Source: Catajapyx aquilonaris (lineage: Eukaryota). From it: a DNA stretch of 34,136 nucleotides. The translations under genes were made by a program, and so were the position numbers. The stretch lies in NCBI GenBank assembly GCA_000934665.2, contig JYFJ02004207.1, forward strand, positions 1 through 34,136. Direction: 5' to 3'. Positions 24,866 through 34,136 of this stretch are shown here, one piece after another. A model generated the notes under the pieces. It saw only the letters and a list, made by a program, of their open reading frames with translations. It searched no databases and was not told the origin of the DNA. Position 1 is the first letter of the stretch. Each line of letters opens with the position of its first letter.

Positions 24866-26241
24866 CACAGCAGTTGGTGGCCAGCAGTTTGGGAAATTCC
24901 ACCCAAGGGGGTGACGACTTCTGGCTTCCGTTGTACACTTTGAGTGGCTACCTTGGTGGCTTCCTGGTTCCGTTGTACGCAAAAATGATGAGTCGTCAGC
25001 CCCTTGATTCCACCTGCTGGAAGTATCCCTCAGCAGCTGTAGCCCATTGCTTTCAGTCACATACCTAAAATGAAATAATAGATATATTTTCAACACATAG
25101 AAAATAAATCGATAATAACAATCATCATTAGTTAAAGTGTGTTAGAGTACTCATGTGCAGTTGTAAGGGCCAGTTTCATCAGTTTTAATAGAAATGTCTG
25201 TAAGCAATGACATTAGTGATTTGAAATGTTTTTGTAACGCGGCAACTATAGCAATGTATCAATTTTTGATAGTGTGTCTAGCCAGTCAGCTGTTGTGATG
25301 GGAGGTCCAGTTCATTCAGACAGGGAAGTGCCTTGAATCCAACAACTCGTCCCGTTGAGCAGGAGACTTTTTCTTCAAGAACAAGCTCTCATCATCAGCG
25401 AAGTTACCGCATCTTGGAGAGTTTTTTATTATCTAAAGCCACGGGCAGTATGATTTGCTATTTATGGGAAAGACCGCATTTATTCCTTAAGGTGGTATTT
25501 TGGGCATTACTTTTTTTATATAGAATGGAAGTTGCGAGCCAAGCGGGCTGCTACTCCTTTTCATGAGGACGTTGCATGAAGAATGTTTCATGAGGTTTAT
25601 CGCTTACCCTCTACGCCAGCTCTGGTCCTTTACTGTTCTAGTTTGGTAAGCCATCATCTTCTAATGTCGGAGTTTGATGACCGTTCCAGGGGATGTGTCC
25701 TCCAACCCACACATTCGGATCCAGGCGACAGACAGGACCCCAACACTTCTCAACCTGATCTTATAGTCATTGCTATTGCCAGTGTACTACATCGGCTGTA
25801 TGACAAATACATCTTGCACACAAAAAGGTTCCTTCCAAACCTTGTCTTCAGGTCTCTTAGAAAAGAACAAGGCTCAGCCCTGAACTGCCACAGCTCTTCT
25901 ACCACACTTTCATCTTCTTTCGTCGTGTCTTGTGATCCCCAGGTGTTGTTGACCATTCCCGCACTAGAAAAGTGTGGAGGACAACACACGCGCTTGCCAT
26001 TCTGTCAACATGTGTACTCCTAGGAACTTGTAATCTGGCCCAGCTGTTGCCATTACAGCAATTATTGCATCTGGATCCTTAAAAAAAAGGGGGGGGGGGG
26101 CTCCGATTAGTCAAAGAGGCGCTGGTGGTGGTGACAAAATGCGTCTACTCCTCCTACTATTGATGCTCACATATTGGAATTCAAGGTAATTCAGTTTTCC
26201 CGGATTTCATACTCTTTTATTTATTAATTCCATAAAATATA

Positions 26242-27165
26242 CAGGGTGTTTCCGAACTAACTTTACAAACTAATAGAGGGGACCAAGACAAACATATTTC
26301 ACATAGGAACACGTGTCCGGAAACGCCATCTAGAAGGGGTTCGTAGACGAGGAACAGGTGCGCTCAGACGCGTCACGCGGGAGTCGCCAGGCAAGCGGAC
26401 TGTTAAGTTAACTAGGTGACGCGCGGATCGTAAACAACTACGCGATACGCCATAACCTGGCAACAGATCCATTGTTGTTCCCAGCTCTTTAATCAGCCAA
26501 CTACGATACAATGAACAAACGCTACATCAGTACTCCGAAACAAGGCGTGACAACTTCACCAACGACAAAGAACAATGTACTACAGTACATAACTAAGTCA
26601 GGGTGTGAGCCACGGTCACAATAGCTGCTCAAAATGACGGCCGCCTCCGGAAATGCAGGCAGTGTAACGTCGCACGATGTTTTCGCTCATCCCGAGTGAA
26701 GCAGGCTTCATCAGTGAAGAGGACGCGGCAAGGGAATCGCGGGCTCCTGTCACATTGCTGCAAATACCATTCGCAGAATGTCACTCGCTGTGCGTAGTCC
26801 GGCGGGCCCAATTGTTGCACCTGTTAGGGTTACCAGTACTGCATGTATGACATTGAACCATGGGTTATTGCTCTGTGTACCTTTTGCCGACAGTAAGGGT
26901 GGAGTTGTTCCTCATGTATAGGACCTTCCACACGCTTACGTGGCCGACGTTCATGTCATGGCCAATGGCCCTTGTACTGGTGGTGTGGTTTGCTGCAATG
27001 CGCTCCAGTACATCTTCGAACTCCGCTGTCCGAACAGTCCTCAAGTACGCGTCGTTGGCAGACCTTCGTATAGCAAGTGACCCCGTTTCACGAAGTCGTC
27101 GATCGACGGATGCAAATGTCGGGTGTGTTTGGCTTCTTCTCAATAAAACCTAAACCTATGGCGTA
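26242..27165 (-). mobile_element. Tc1/mariner-superfamily transposon remnant (DUF4817-type HTH transposase) with one TIR and a 60-nt intron
   Basis: TA|CAGGGTGTTTCC terminus at 26240-26253. Translation reads HPTFASVDRRLRETGS...STRAIGHDMNVGHVSVWKVL..EQLHPYCRQK|VQQLGPPDYAQRVTFCEW...VLFTDEACFTRD (first catalytic D). The rest of the DDE domain is deleted. Confidence 0.85.
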
Positions 27166-27169
27166 TCGC

Positions 27170-27556
27170 GGTTCCACCCCCAGTCAGTTGGGGAGGGCAA
27201 TGCTGGTGCACGAACCAGAGCCTGGCCCAGACATGCCCTTCCTGGTACACAGCTCGTCTTACGTGCTGCTTGAGGTCAGCACTTGTCGGTGGTATGAGCT
27301 GGACATTGTTCTTCTTGGCAAACAGTTTGCAGCGTGCCTTGTCCACATTGGTTGATGTGCTTGTCCTGTCGTAGAGCAGGATGACGAACCTCTCAATGGT
27401 CTGCATGGCATCGTCATCTACTTGAATTGGTGCAGCGGAGAGGTCAACGAGGGCCTGTGTGAGCGCACGTAAAGCTGTCCACACTGCCCATGCTGTCCTC
27501 TTGCCATGTCCGGCGAAGCAGGTGACCGTGTCACACCCTCTCAAAGCATGAAACAT
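27170..27556 (-). mobile_element. XPG/FEN1-like (H3TH) nuclease fragment typical of Academ DNA transposons
   Basis: Translates FHALRGCDTVTCFAGHGKRTAW...IERFVILLY...VDKARCKLF...IPPTSADLKQHVRRAVYQ..VW, then after a frameshift QAL..PALPSPTDWGW. Confidence 0.75.
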
Positions 27557-27561
27557 AATAA

Positions 27562-27614
<53 letters not shown>

Positions 27615-27633
27615 TAATAATAATAATAATAAT
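27555..27633. repeat. (AAT)n microsatellite
   Basis: About 25 near-perfect AAT units. Confidence 0.97.
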
Positions 27634-28209
27634 ATAAAAAAACTAAACCCAAAAACCTTCAGTGCGGGCACTCTTACCACAAGAAGGACATGCATGCCAT
27701 TAACCTCGTCCAGGACAACAGCTCCGTCCATATACCTCTCGGGAGACGACGCGACGCCTGGCTGGACAAGAGCCCTGGAATCGGCCACATCCCTTGTCCT
27801 GCGAACCACCGGACGTCAAATACTGCATCTAGATGCTAGAACATCGTGGCAAGTGTGAGAGACTCGTGGCTGTCATTTCCGGAGACGCTGCATAGCTGAT
27901 TGAAACGCAGATGGTGACAACGGACCGGATTTGGTCTGCGAACCATAATTGGGATCACCACCCTTACCTCCGGCCCTCAGTCCGGATTGGGTCAGCCAAA
28001 CAGTTTTTGGGGAATGAGCAGAGTCGCCTCCTCGTGGTATGCCCTGGTAACGTTTCCTGTGAAATGGCTAAACGACATCAGGCGGCAACAACTTTTGAGA
28101 CAGAGGCGAAGACATCACTGATTCCCCCCTCTGTTAGTGCCTGTTTCCACCAGCATAATTTTTGTTCAGGACAAAATACAAGCCAGACTAATTTATTGTT
28201 GGTAGCCAA

Positions 28210-28910
28210 TTTTTTATTTTTTATTTATTTTTTATTTATTTATTTATCTTACCCCGTTCTGGGCCATATTGGCCCCTTTGGGGGACCTCCTTTCGTTGTT
28301 ACATGACTATTACATAACTGAGCTCTTTATAAACCCAACAATATATTTACAAACTACCCCACCCCATTTCATTCCGCTTGGTCTTCATTGCTGCTCTGGC
28401 CCGTATTTCTGCTCTGGCCCGTATTTCTGCTCACGTTGTTCCCTTCCTCCGATCTATACCAATGGTCCATGTCCCTCCTCTTGTCACGCTGTTGGTTGGG
28501 CTTTGCTCCCCTCTTCGCCATTCCTGCGCTCTCCTTCGTACCTTGCCTCTTCGGGGATGACTGTTGTGACTGTCGTGACGTGAGTTGCCTCTTCTTATTG
28601 AGCGTTTTCCATCCAGTTCCTCCTACGATAGCCTGGGGCTCTCTGGATCCTGCATCCTTCCCCTGGACCTCCACCAGATTATTTCCTTCTTCATTAAGTT
28701 GCAGCATCACTCGGTCTATCATGAGCTTGTCCATCCTCAGGTGGGCTACACTGCCCTTTTCTCTGGCTTCTAACAGGTACGGAGCCAGCTTACGCCTTTT
28801 CTCCCTTGTTGCATATGCGAAATCTTCACCCAGCCGGAAACCCGAATCCTTCAGCAGCACACCCTTTGCTTGTATCATCTGCTTATCCACAAACCGAAGC
28901 CATTTGACTA
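28210..28910 (-). mobile_element. LINE ORF1 (L1-type RRM/CTD as in CR1/L2 ORF1p) C-terminal part + short 3' UTR + A-rich tail; no ORF2
   Basis: ORF 28890-28369 reads DKQMIQAKGVLLKDSGFRLGEDFAYATREKRRKLAPYLLEAREKGSVAHLRMDKLMID (cf. LKGT.I.I.EDF...R..RK.L......R..G..A.LRYDKL.ID). A hairpin gggcca-tat-tggccc lies at 28261-28275 and an (AAAT)n/A tail at 28247-28210. An internal 18-bp tandem duplication is at 28391-28432. Confidence 0.8.
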
Positions 28911-28913
28911 TTA

Positions 28914-29012
28914 CTAGGAAAACCCTCGCTACGCTCGCAATTTCCTAGGGCGCTGGCCTAGAAAACCGCTCGCTTCGCTCGCTCTTTTCTAGGCCTGCGG
29001 CCTACAGCGCCC
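28914..29012 (-). mobile_element. Helitron/Helentron-like terminus with nested hairpins
   Basis: The - strand ends in CTAG|T at 28914. Stems are ctaggaaa/tttcctag (28914-28948), ggcctagaaaa/ttttctaggcc (28955-28995) and gggcgctg/cagcgccc. Loops carry ctcgct(a/t)cgctcgc. It truncates the LINE ORF1. Confidence 0.55.
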
Positions 29013-29401
29013 ACCATATTTTCAATCGCTTCGGACTTATATTGCCGGTGATGATGCCAATCATATCCACACCCCCCACCCTCACCCGTCCCTCCGTGCA
29101 TTCACATATCCGTGATTCCCTATCCTGCGCCCAATCTGCAATTCCACCTTCGCATTGGCTGGGAAATATGCATTTGCCCAGCTCAACATACCCATACATT
29201 ATTTTGCAATTAAAAAAATATATATATTATTGTATGAACAGAAATTCACAACCTCTACCGCCTCTACTCGCATGCACTCGCACACATGTATCTAAATAAT
29301 AATTATATGCACCCTTTCGGACCACGTTTTTCTAACTGCTCATAATAACTTCCCTTTATTATAATCAGCCAATGGAACTTATGGCAGTGTCTGTATTAGA
29401 T

Positions 29402-29460
29402 CAGTGGTTCCAACCTGGGGGTCGCGAAGCCTTCTCCGTGGGGGTCGAGGGTGGCCGCGA
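29402..29460 (+). mobile_element. hAT (Charlie-like) 5' terminus
   Basis: CAGTGGTTCCAACCTGGGGGTCGCGA matches the characteristic CAGTGGTTCCCAACC..GGGGTCGCGA end. No matching right TIR was seen. Confidence 0.6.
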
Positions 29461-29735
29461 TTATTTTAATAAATTTAAAAAGTAATATTAGATTATCAAA
29501 AACTGGTTTCATTCTCCCCGCCACTGTCTTTTGACGTTCTCGGCCTATCCCCATGTTCAGTGTTGAATATCGCGGCTAATCCTGCTTACCAACTCTTCCC
29601 ACTGGGGATGCCAGTACTGCCGTCAGATGTGAGAGGACCGTAACTCAATATCCACTTCCCTTGCGGCGAGAAAAGAAAGCAAGTGAGTAGGTGACTATAG
29701 GGCATCTTACACCAGAAAATTCGACTACACGTGCA

Positions 29736-29980
29736 AGTCACCCTGGTCTTGTCTCTGATTGGTCGAGAAAATCTGAAGCTTCGCTGTGATTGGTCGAGAC
29801 TGGCGAGACTGGCTCATGTAAACTGACCTGGAAGGAAGGGACGACGCTGCAGCTCCTCCCGAATGTCGATGACAAAAAAACAGGAAAAGGAGTCACCCTG
29901 GTCTTGTCTCTGATTGGCCGAGAAAATCTGAAGCTGCGTTGTGATTGGTCGAGACTGGCGAGACTGGCTCATGTAAACTG
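29736..29980. repeat. 90-bp direct repeat (29736-29825 and 29891-29980)
   Basis: agtcaccctggtcttgtctctgattgg...gagactggctcatgtaaactg occurs twice with few mismatches. Confidence 0.95.
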
Positions 29981-30724
29981 CAGTTATCTATTAGATATGT
30001 CTTTATAGTGGACTTCTGCCCTTATCAGTTGACCCTTGACCTCGGCTAATTGGTGGCACGCGCCCGAGCGTGTGGCATATCACTGTAGCTATGTAGGCAG
30101 CAGAGGAGAGGCCCGAGAGCCCCCCAGGTGACAACCAGGTAACCAGGGTTACATTCCCATACGAATATTTTAAATCAAAAAATATAAAAAAGCAATAAAA
30201 GTTTATACCTGAATATCTATGATGTCAAATCTGTTTTTTTTTCAGCATGGTGTTAACCTGGTAATCGCCACACATTTATGGAATGCTGTTTTGTCGCGGG
30301 CACTCTGCAGTGTCACAAGTTCACCCCCCAGTCTGACGAGTTCCTGTAATGACTGCGCTATTGTCTCCAGGTGGCTGTTTTGTCTCTGTTGAAGCTGAAT
30401 CATTTGCCTTTTGCGCTGGCCAGCCTGTGTAGGGGGATGGTGGTAATGAACAATTAGGCATGTGCTCAGATGTAAATAATTCAGCTAGTTGCATAGTTAA
30501 TAAATTATGACACACACTTGCTCCAAGTATGTCTCTATTTGAGTGTTTCGCGTCTGCCTCTCCCTCCTCCTCCTCCTCTGCCGCCTTCCACTTATACGTA
30601 TCTTACCCTTGAGCCAGCAGACAGCTGCTCTTGGGACCGTGCTTGCTGGGGCTGTCCAACTGCTCGAGGGCCTCCGAACAATCCCGCCTTGGATCCCTTA
30701 ACGGCGTTAACGCATTGTCCATGT

Positions 30725-31620
30725 GCAATCGATGATCAATATTCCCGTCAGAGAAAGAATTCTTGTGTGACACTCAAGCACCTTTTTATATCTCATATTC
30801 TACCATATCATACCGTACACTTCAAAGGCGCTGTACGCATAAACTGCTCAACACTTCCAAAAATTTATTGCATATCCCTATATTGGTTTTACGAGTTCTA
30901 TCAGTCTACACCTAGTGCTTATGCAGGAGTTTCCCTTTACTCGGTACACATCATGTTGACGGCAATGCAAGGCAGTTCAATACTTGACATTGGAAATATT
31001 TGCACTTACTTGGCTGCATTGCTGGTGTCCACCCCAAGCTCTTCACCTTGAATATTTTCCATACCCAGGAATGGGAGCACCTCCTGCTCACATGGTGTTA
31101 GGGCCACACAGGCTGCCCCCCTCCCCCCCTCCCCGTACCTCTTTGGTGCTGGTGGATGGCATTCGCCTTCGATTTCACATGTTATGTGTAATAAGGACAA
31201 TAAGTAGCTATCGTGAGTGAAGAGTGGAAAACCAGTTTCCATTTAGGATGGGATAGGGATAGGGATAGGGATAGGGATAGGTATTTGGGGGACGGAGGGT
31301 ATCCTTGCCGAAGCTACCTTCTCACTCCTCTAGCAAACCCTTCCACCCCAGCACAAGCACATTTTAACAATGCACATATTGCTTCCCGTAATATTGTGTG
31401 GAGAGAATGTTTGGGGTTCTGAAAAGGAGGTTCCCAGCACTTAAATATGGTTTGCGCATCAAATTCGATAAAATACCCAATGTCATTGTGGCTACTACTA
31501 ACAGTCCTCCATAACATTGCTCGTGATTTGGGGGAGGAAGATCCACCAGCTGATGGCCTGTTGGCTACAAATATGTATGTATTATTATTATTATTAGCAG
31601 CACTAGCAGCCCAACCTGAC
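30725..31620 (+). mobile_element. PIF/Harbinger transposase pseudogene (HARBI1-like DDE_Tnp_4)
   Basis: Translates GVSLYSV, ...[47 protein letters not shown](fs)[14 protein letters not shown]...VLHNIAR. Frameshifted and internally deleted. Confidence 0.88.
31250..31281 (+). repeat. (GGGATA)5 minisatellite, G-quadruplex-compatible
   Basis: gggatagggatagggatagggatagggatagg. Confidence 0.95.
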
Positions 31621-31739
31621 TCCTCCCACAACTCAACCCCCCATCATTGTTGATTAATAAGAAAATAATGACCTCGGAAGCTGCTAATCTTTATTGGCAA
31701 GGTTTCCACATGCATAATATGCAATCTGCTTATCCATAA

Positions 31740-32100
31740 GCAGCATTTTCTTTGCATGCTCTTCCTGGATGACGGCCATCTTCAAGTTATGTTCTTCACG
31801 GGCTGATTCCAACATAATATGCATAATATTCTGCCTTCATATTGGCGCAACGGATCAATTTTTTACTGGTGTCACTGCGCACTTCAGAGACCGTCTTCCT
31901 TAGTTTCGGTCGCCGCCACATCTTCGTCTTCTTTGCCTTTCCAGTGCTGCTAGTTTGCTTCCCCTCCCCATCTGCTTGAGGCTCTGCATCTGCAGCAGCT
32001 TCGACCACTTCGACACAATCTGAAACTTGTGATTCTTGCCAATCGTCCCCTCCTGTGGACCACTGAAGAGGAACACCATTCCCATTTTCTATCTGGAATG
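31740..32100 (-). mobile_element. Possible Harbinger second ORF (Myb/SANT-type partner) C-terminal remnant
   Basis: A low-complexity, charged ORF convergent with the transposase, as in Harbinger architecture. The Myb domain itself is not visible. Confidence 0.35.
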
Positions 32101-32384
32101 TACCACAATGAAAGTAATTGAAAATATGCAATAGGTGCAACAATGTTGTTAAATTTCAAGTACGTTATATTGGTATTGGCAGGCACAATTGCTTGCACTG
32201 TAGTGTTGGACATTAATCGTGTTGTTCTACTAGCGACATTTTGCTGTGGAAGCAGATGTCATTGGATGGACACAATCATTCAACACACATTGGGATGCGA
32301 TTAATGTCCAACACTGTACAATAAATGTGGCCAGTTGATAATTCACAAATGATGCAGTGTCATGAACATTGCATGGTTAGCTCT

Positions 32385-32713
32385 TGTGACCCGAGCGGGT
32401 TTGATCACACTTGATAGGAATACAACAAGGGCTCCGTCCAACTCCTCCATTTAATAGTCGTAGCCACATAGTACATACCAAGAACAGATAATGGATAACA
32501 AGGAAAGGATCTAAGGGGATGACCAGACCAGGAGTATTCCTCCGGGAACTGGCCTCGAGCTGCGACAGTCACGAGCTTTTATACTCGTGGTTACATGTCC
32601 GTTAACAGTTGTTCACTAAGATTCAAGAAGGGTAGGGGTATTGTGTTTTTAGAAAGAGTCACTAGATGGCAGGTTACTGTTTCATGGGAAGGTTCACATC
32701 CATGAAGGTCACA
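32385..32713 (-). mobile_element. Probable solo LTR (329 bp)
   Basis: TGTGACC...GGTCACA 7-bp inverted termini (TG...CA). On the - strand TATAAAAG (32583-32576) precedes ATTAAA (32455-32450). Flanks ctct/cact would be a 4-bp TSD with one mismatch. Confidence 0.55.
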
Positions 32714-33628
32714 CACTCAACGAAATTTATCAAAATAGAAAATTTGTGGTTGGGTTTTTGATATGATATGCCTGGGTCGAGATTTTTTATTTAGGTCTTG
32801 ACGTGTGGGCCCCTAGATCCTGAATGGTTTGAGGTGTGCTTATAGCCCCATGAGCCATTTGATCTCCGGGCACACATAATGACTGGAATGCTAAACATTG
32901 ACACAGGCCTTTTTAATGCCTTTCTAAGGTGTGCATCGGCAAAAGAGTGAAACGTGCGAAAATGTACATCAAAGAGGAAGGTGGACATCACCTGATTACT
33001 CCAGACCTCGCTGGACTCTGACACTCCTCTGCAGTCGACTCGAGTCCAATCTCTGCGTGGCACATAGTAAACGAGGGTTTGTTTACGCTCGAGAAATGCT
33101 CACACTCGGAAGGGGAGTTGAAACTGCATCCAGCGTGTAGACGCAAACTCAGTTCAAACTGACTTGAACCACTGTTCGAGAAATCGGCCCTAAGTAAGAT
33201 CCTCGTGTCAAAAACAACAATGAGAATTTTACTTGTTCTTGTTGTTGTTGGGAGGACTTTTTCTGTCAAGCATATCTCAAAAACTGTTGCAAGGACAGCC
33301 TTCATAGTTTGAACACGTATCCGGCCCGACGTGCTGCAGTGCCTGATCCCCTACACAAAAAACCCGAGGAGTTAATAGAACCCCGAAATAAAATTATAAA
33401 TTAATAATTCATTATGAGCAGCAATGACCCCGGTGATTCTAGCACCATGGTGCTGCACGGAAGTGCAGGGGTACCAACTTCTGCATTTTACGATTTTCAA
33501 TTTTTTAAATAATTCCACGTATTACGCTTGTAAACAGTGTTGGGATCACTTGTAGATTTATTTCAAAATTTTAAGAATGATACATCTCCCGCAAAAAATT
33601 AAAGTACACATGAAATTATGCAACATGA

Positions 33629-33890
33629 ACAAAAAAAATCACAGCAAATTCCGCGCACCAGATATTGTCACTATTCCACAAGGTATGGACAGGTAGTGAC
33701 CCCAGGCACCCGGTGTCACCAAAAAAGGGAGGGGCAAACGCTTGTGTGTGGCGCCAAATGAGCGCCAGTCCGCCCCCTCCGACTATGTCATACGTGCACG
33801 AGCCTACTGGACAAAAAAAATCACAGCAAATTCCGCGCACCAGATATTGTCACTATTCCACGAGGTATGGACAGGTAGTGTCCCCAGGCA
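33629..33890. repeat. 80-bp direct repeat (33629-33708 and 33811-33890)
   Basis: acaaaaaaaatcacagcaaattccgcgcaccagatattgtcactattccac(a/g)aggtatggacaggtagtg(a/t)ccccaggca occurs twice. Probably internal to a non-autonomous element. Confidence 0.95.
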
Positions 33891-34136
33891 ATTGAACTCT
33901 TTTGGAGCAATCAGTTTTACCAGATTAAATTTAGTTATCGAGATATTAATGTTTCTTTTCAAGGGTACCAAAATCACAATCACGCGAAGACGCACTTTTT
34001 CCCGCATTTTCCATTGCTTTCAATGATTATATCTCGGGAACTGTTCTGAGAACCAACATGAAATTTTAAACTCGTGCTTTTGGAATAACACACTGTCATT
34101 TAATGCATAAATTTACCTCATTTAATGGTACAGTAA

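Noticed and set aside
27531..27809. ORF with a poly-Ile/Leu 'transmembrane' tract
   Set aside because: Artefact of translating the (AAT)n microsatellite.
27640..28200. GC-richer segment after the (AAT)n tract as a retroelement 5' region
   Set aside because: No recognisable protein motif or terminal structure on either strand.
28388..28948. 186-aa + strand ORF, the longest in the window
   Set aside because: It is the antisense shadow of the LINE ORF1 on the - strand and has no recognisable features.
29394..29996. tattagat at 29394 and 29989 as the 8-bp TSD of a complete hAT element
   Set aside because: No right TIR precedes the second copy, and the same AT-rich 8-mer also occurs near 29487.
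30518..31051. 177-aa + strand ORF as an intact gene
   Set aside because: It has a non-ATG start and a low-complexity N-terminus, and only partly overlaps decayed Harbinger frames.
29736..33890. Direct repeats (90 bp, 80 bp, and 45 bp at 5072) as CRISPR-like arrays
   Set aside because: Each has only two copies, the units are too long, there is no spacer series or cas gene, and the context is eukaryotic.

Overview
Eukaryotic DNA from an invertebrate animal, probably an arthropod (inferred from the transposon families, GT-AG introns and microsatellites). I see no intact gene and no prokaryotic features. Positions ~1-26240 are a patchwork of short, diverged, same-orientation duplicated modules made of decayed coding fragments, almost all on the - strand. 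By manual translation these include a bunyavirus-like L (RdRp) endogenous viral element at ~16.4-18.3 kb with partial paralogs, a possible bunyaviral Gc glycoprotein remnant at ~21.2-22.6 kb, pogo-type HTH_psq/CENP-B fragments and LINE ORF2 fragments. Positions ~26240-34136 are a nest of transposon remnants: an intron-containing Tc1/mariner, an Academ XPG fragment, an ORF1-only LINE, a Helitron-like end, a hAT end, a Harbinger and a probable solo LTR. The strong strand bias of the viral and TE fragments fits a uni-strand piRNA-cluster-like antiviral/anti-TE archive, but this is inference. All family calls come from recognising motifs by eye and need database confirmation.
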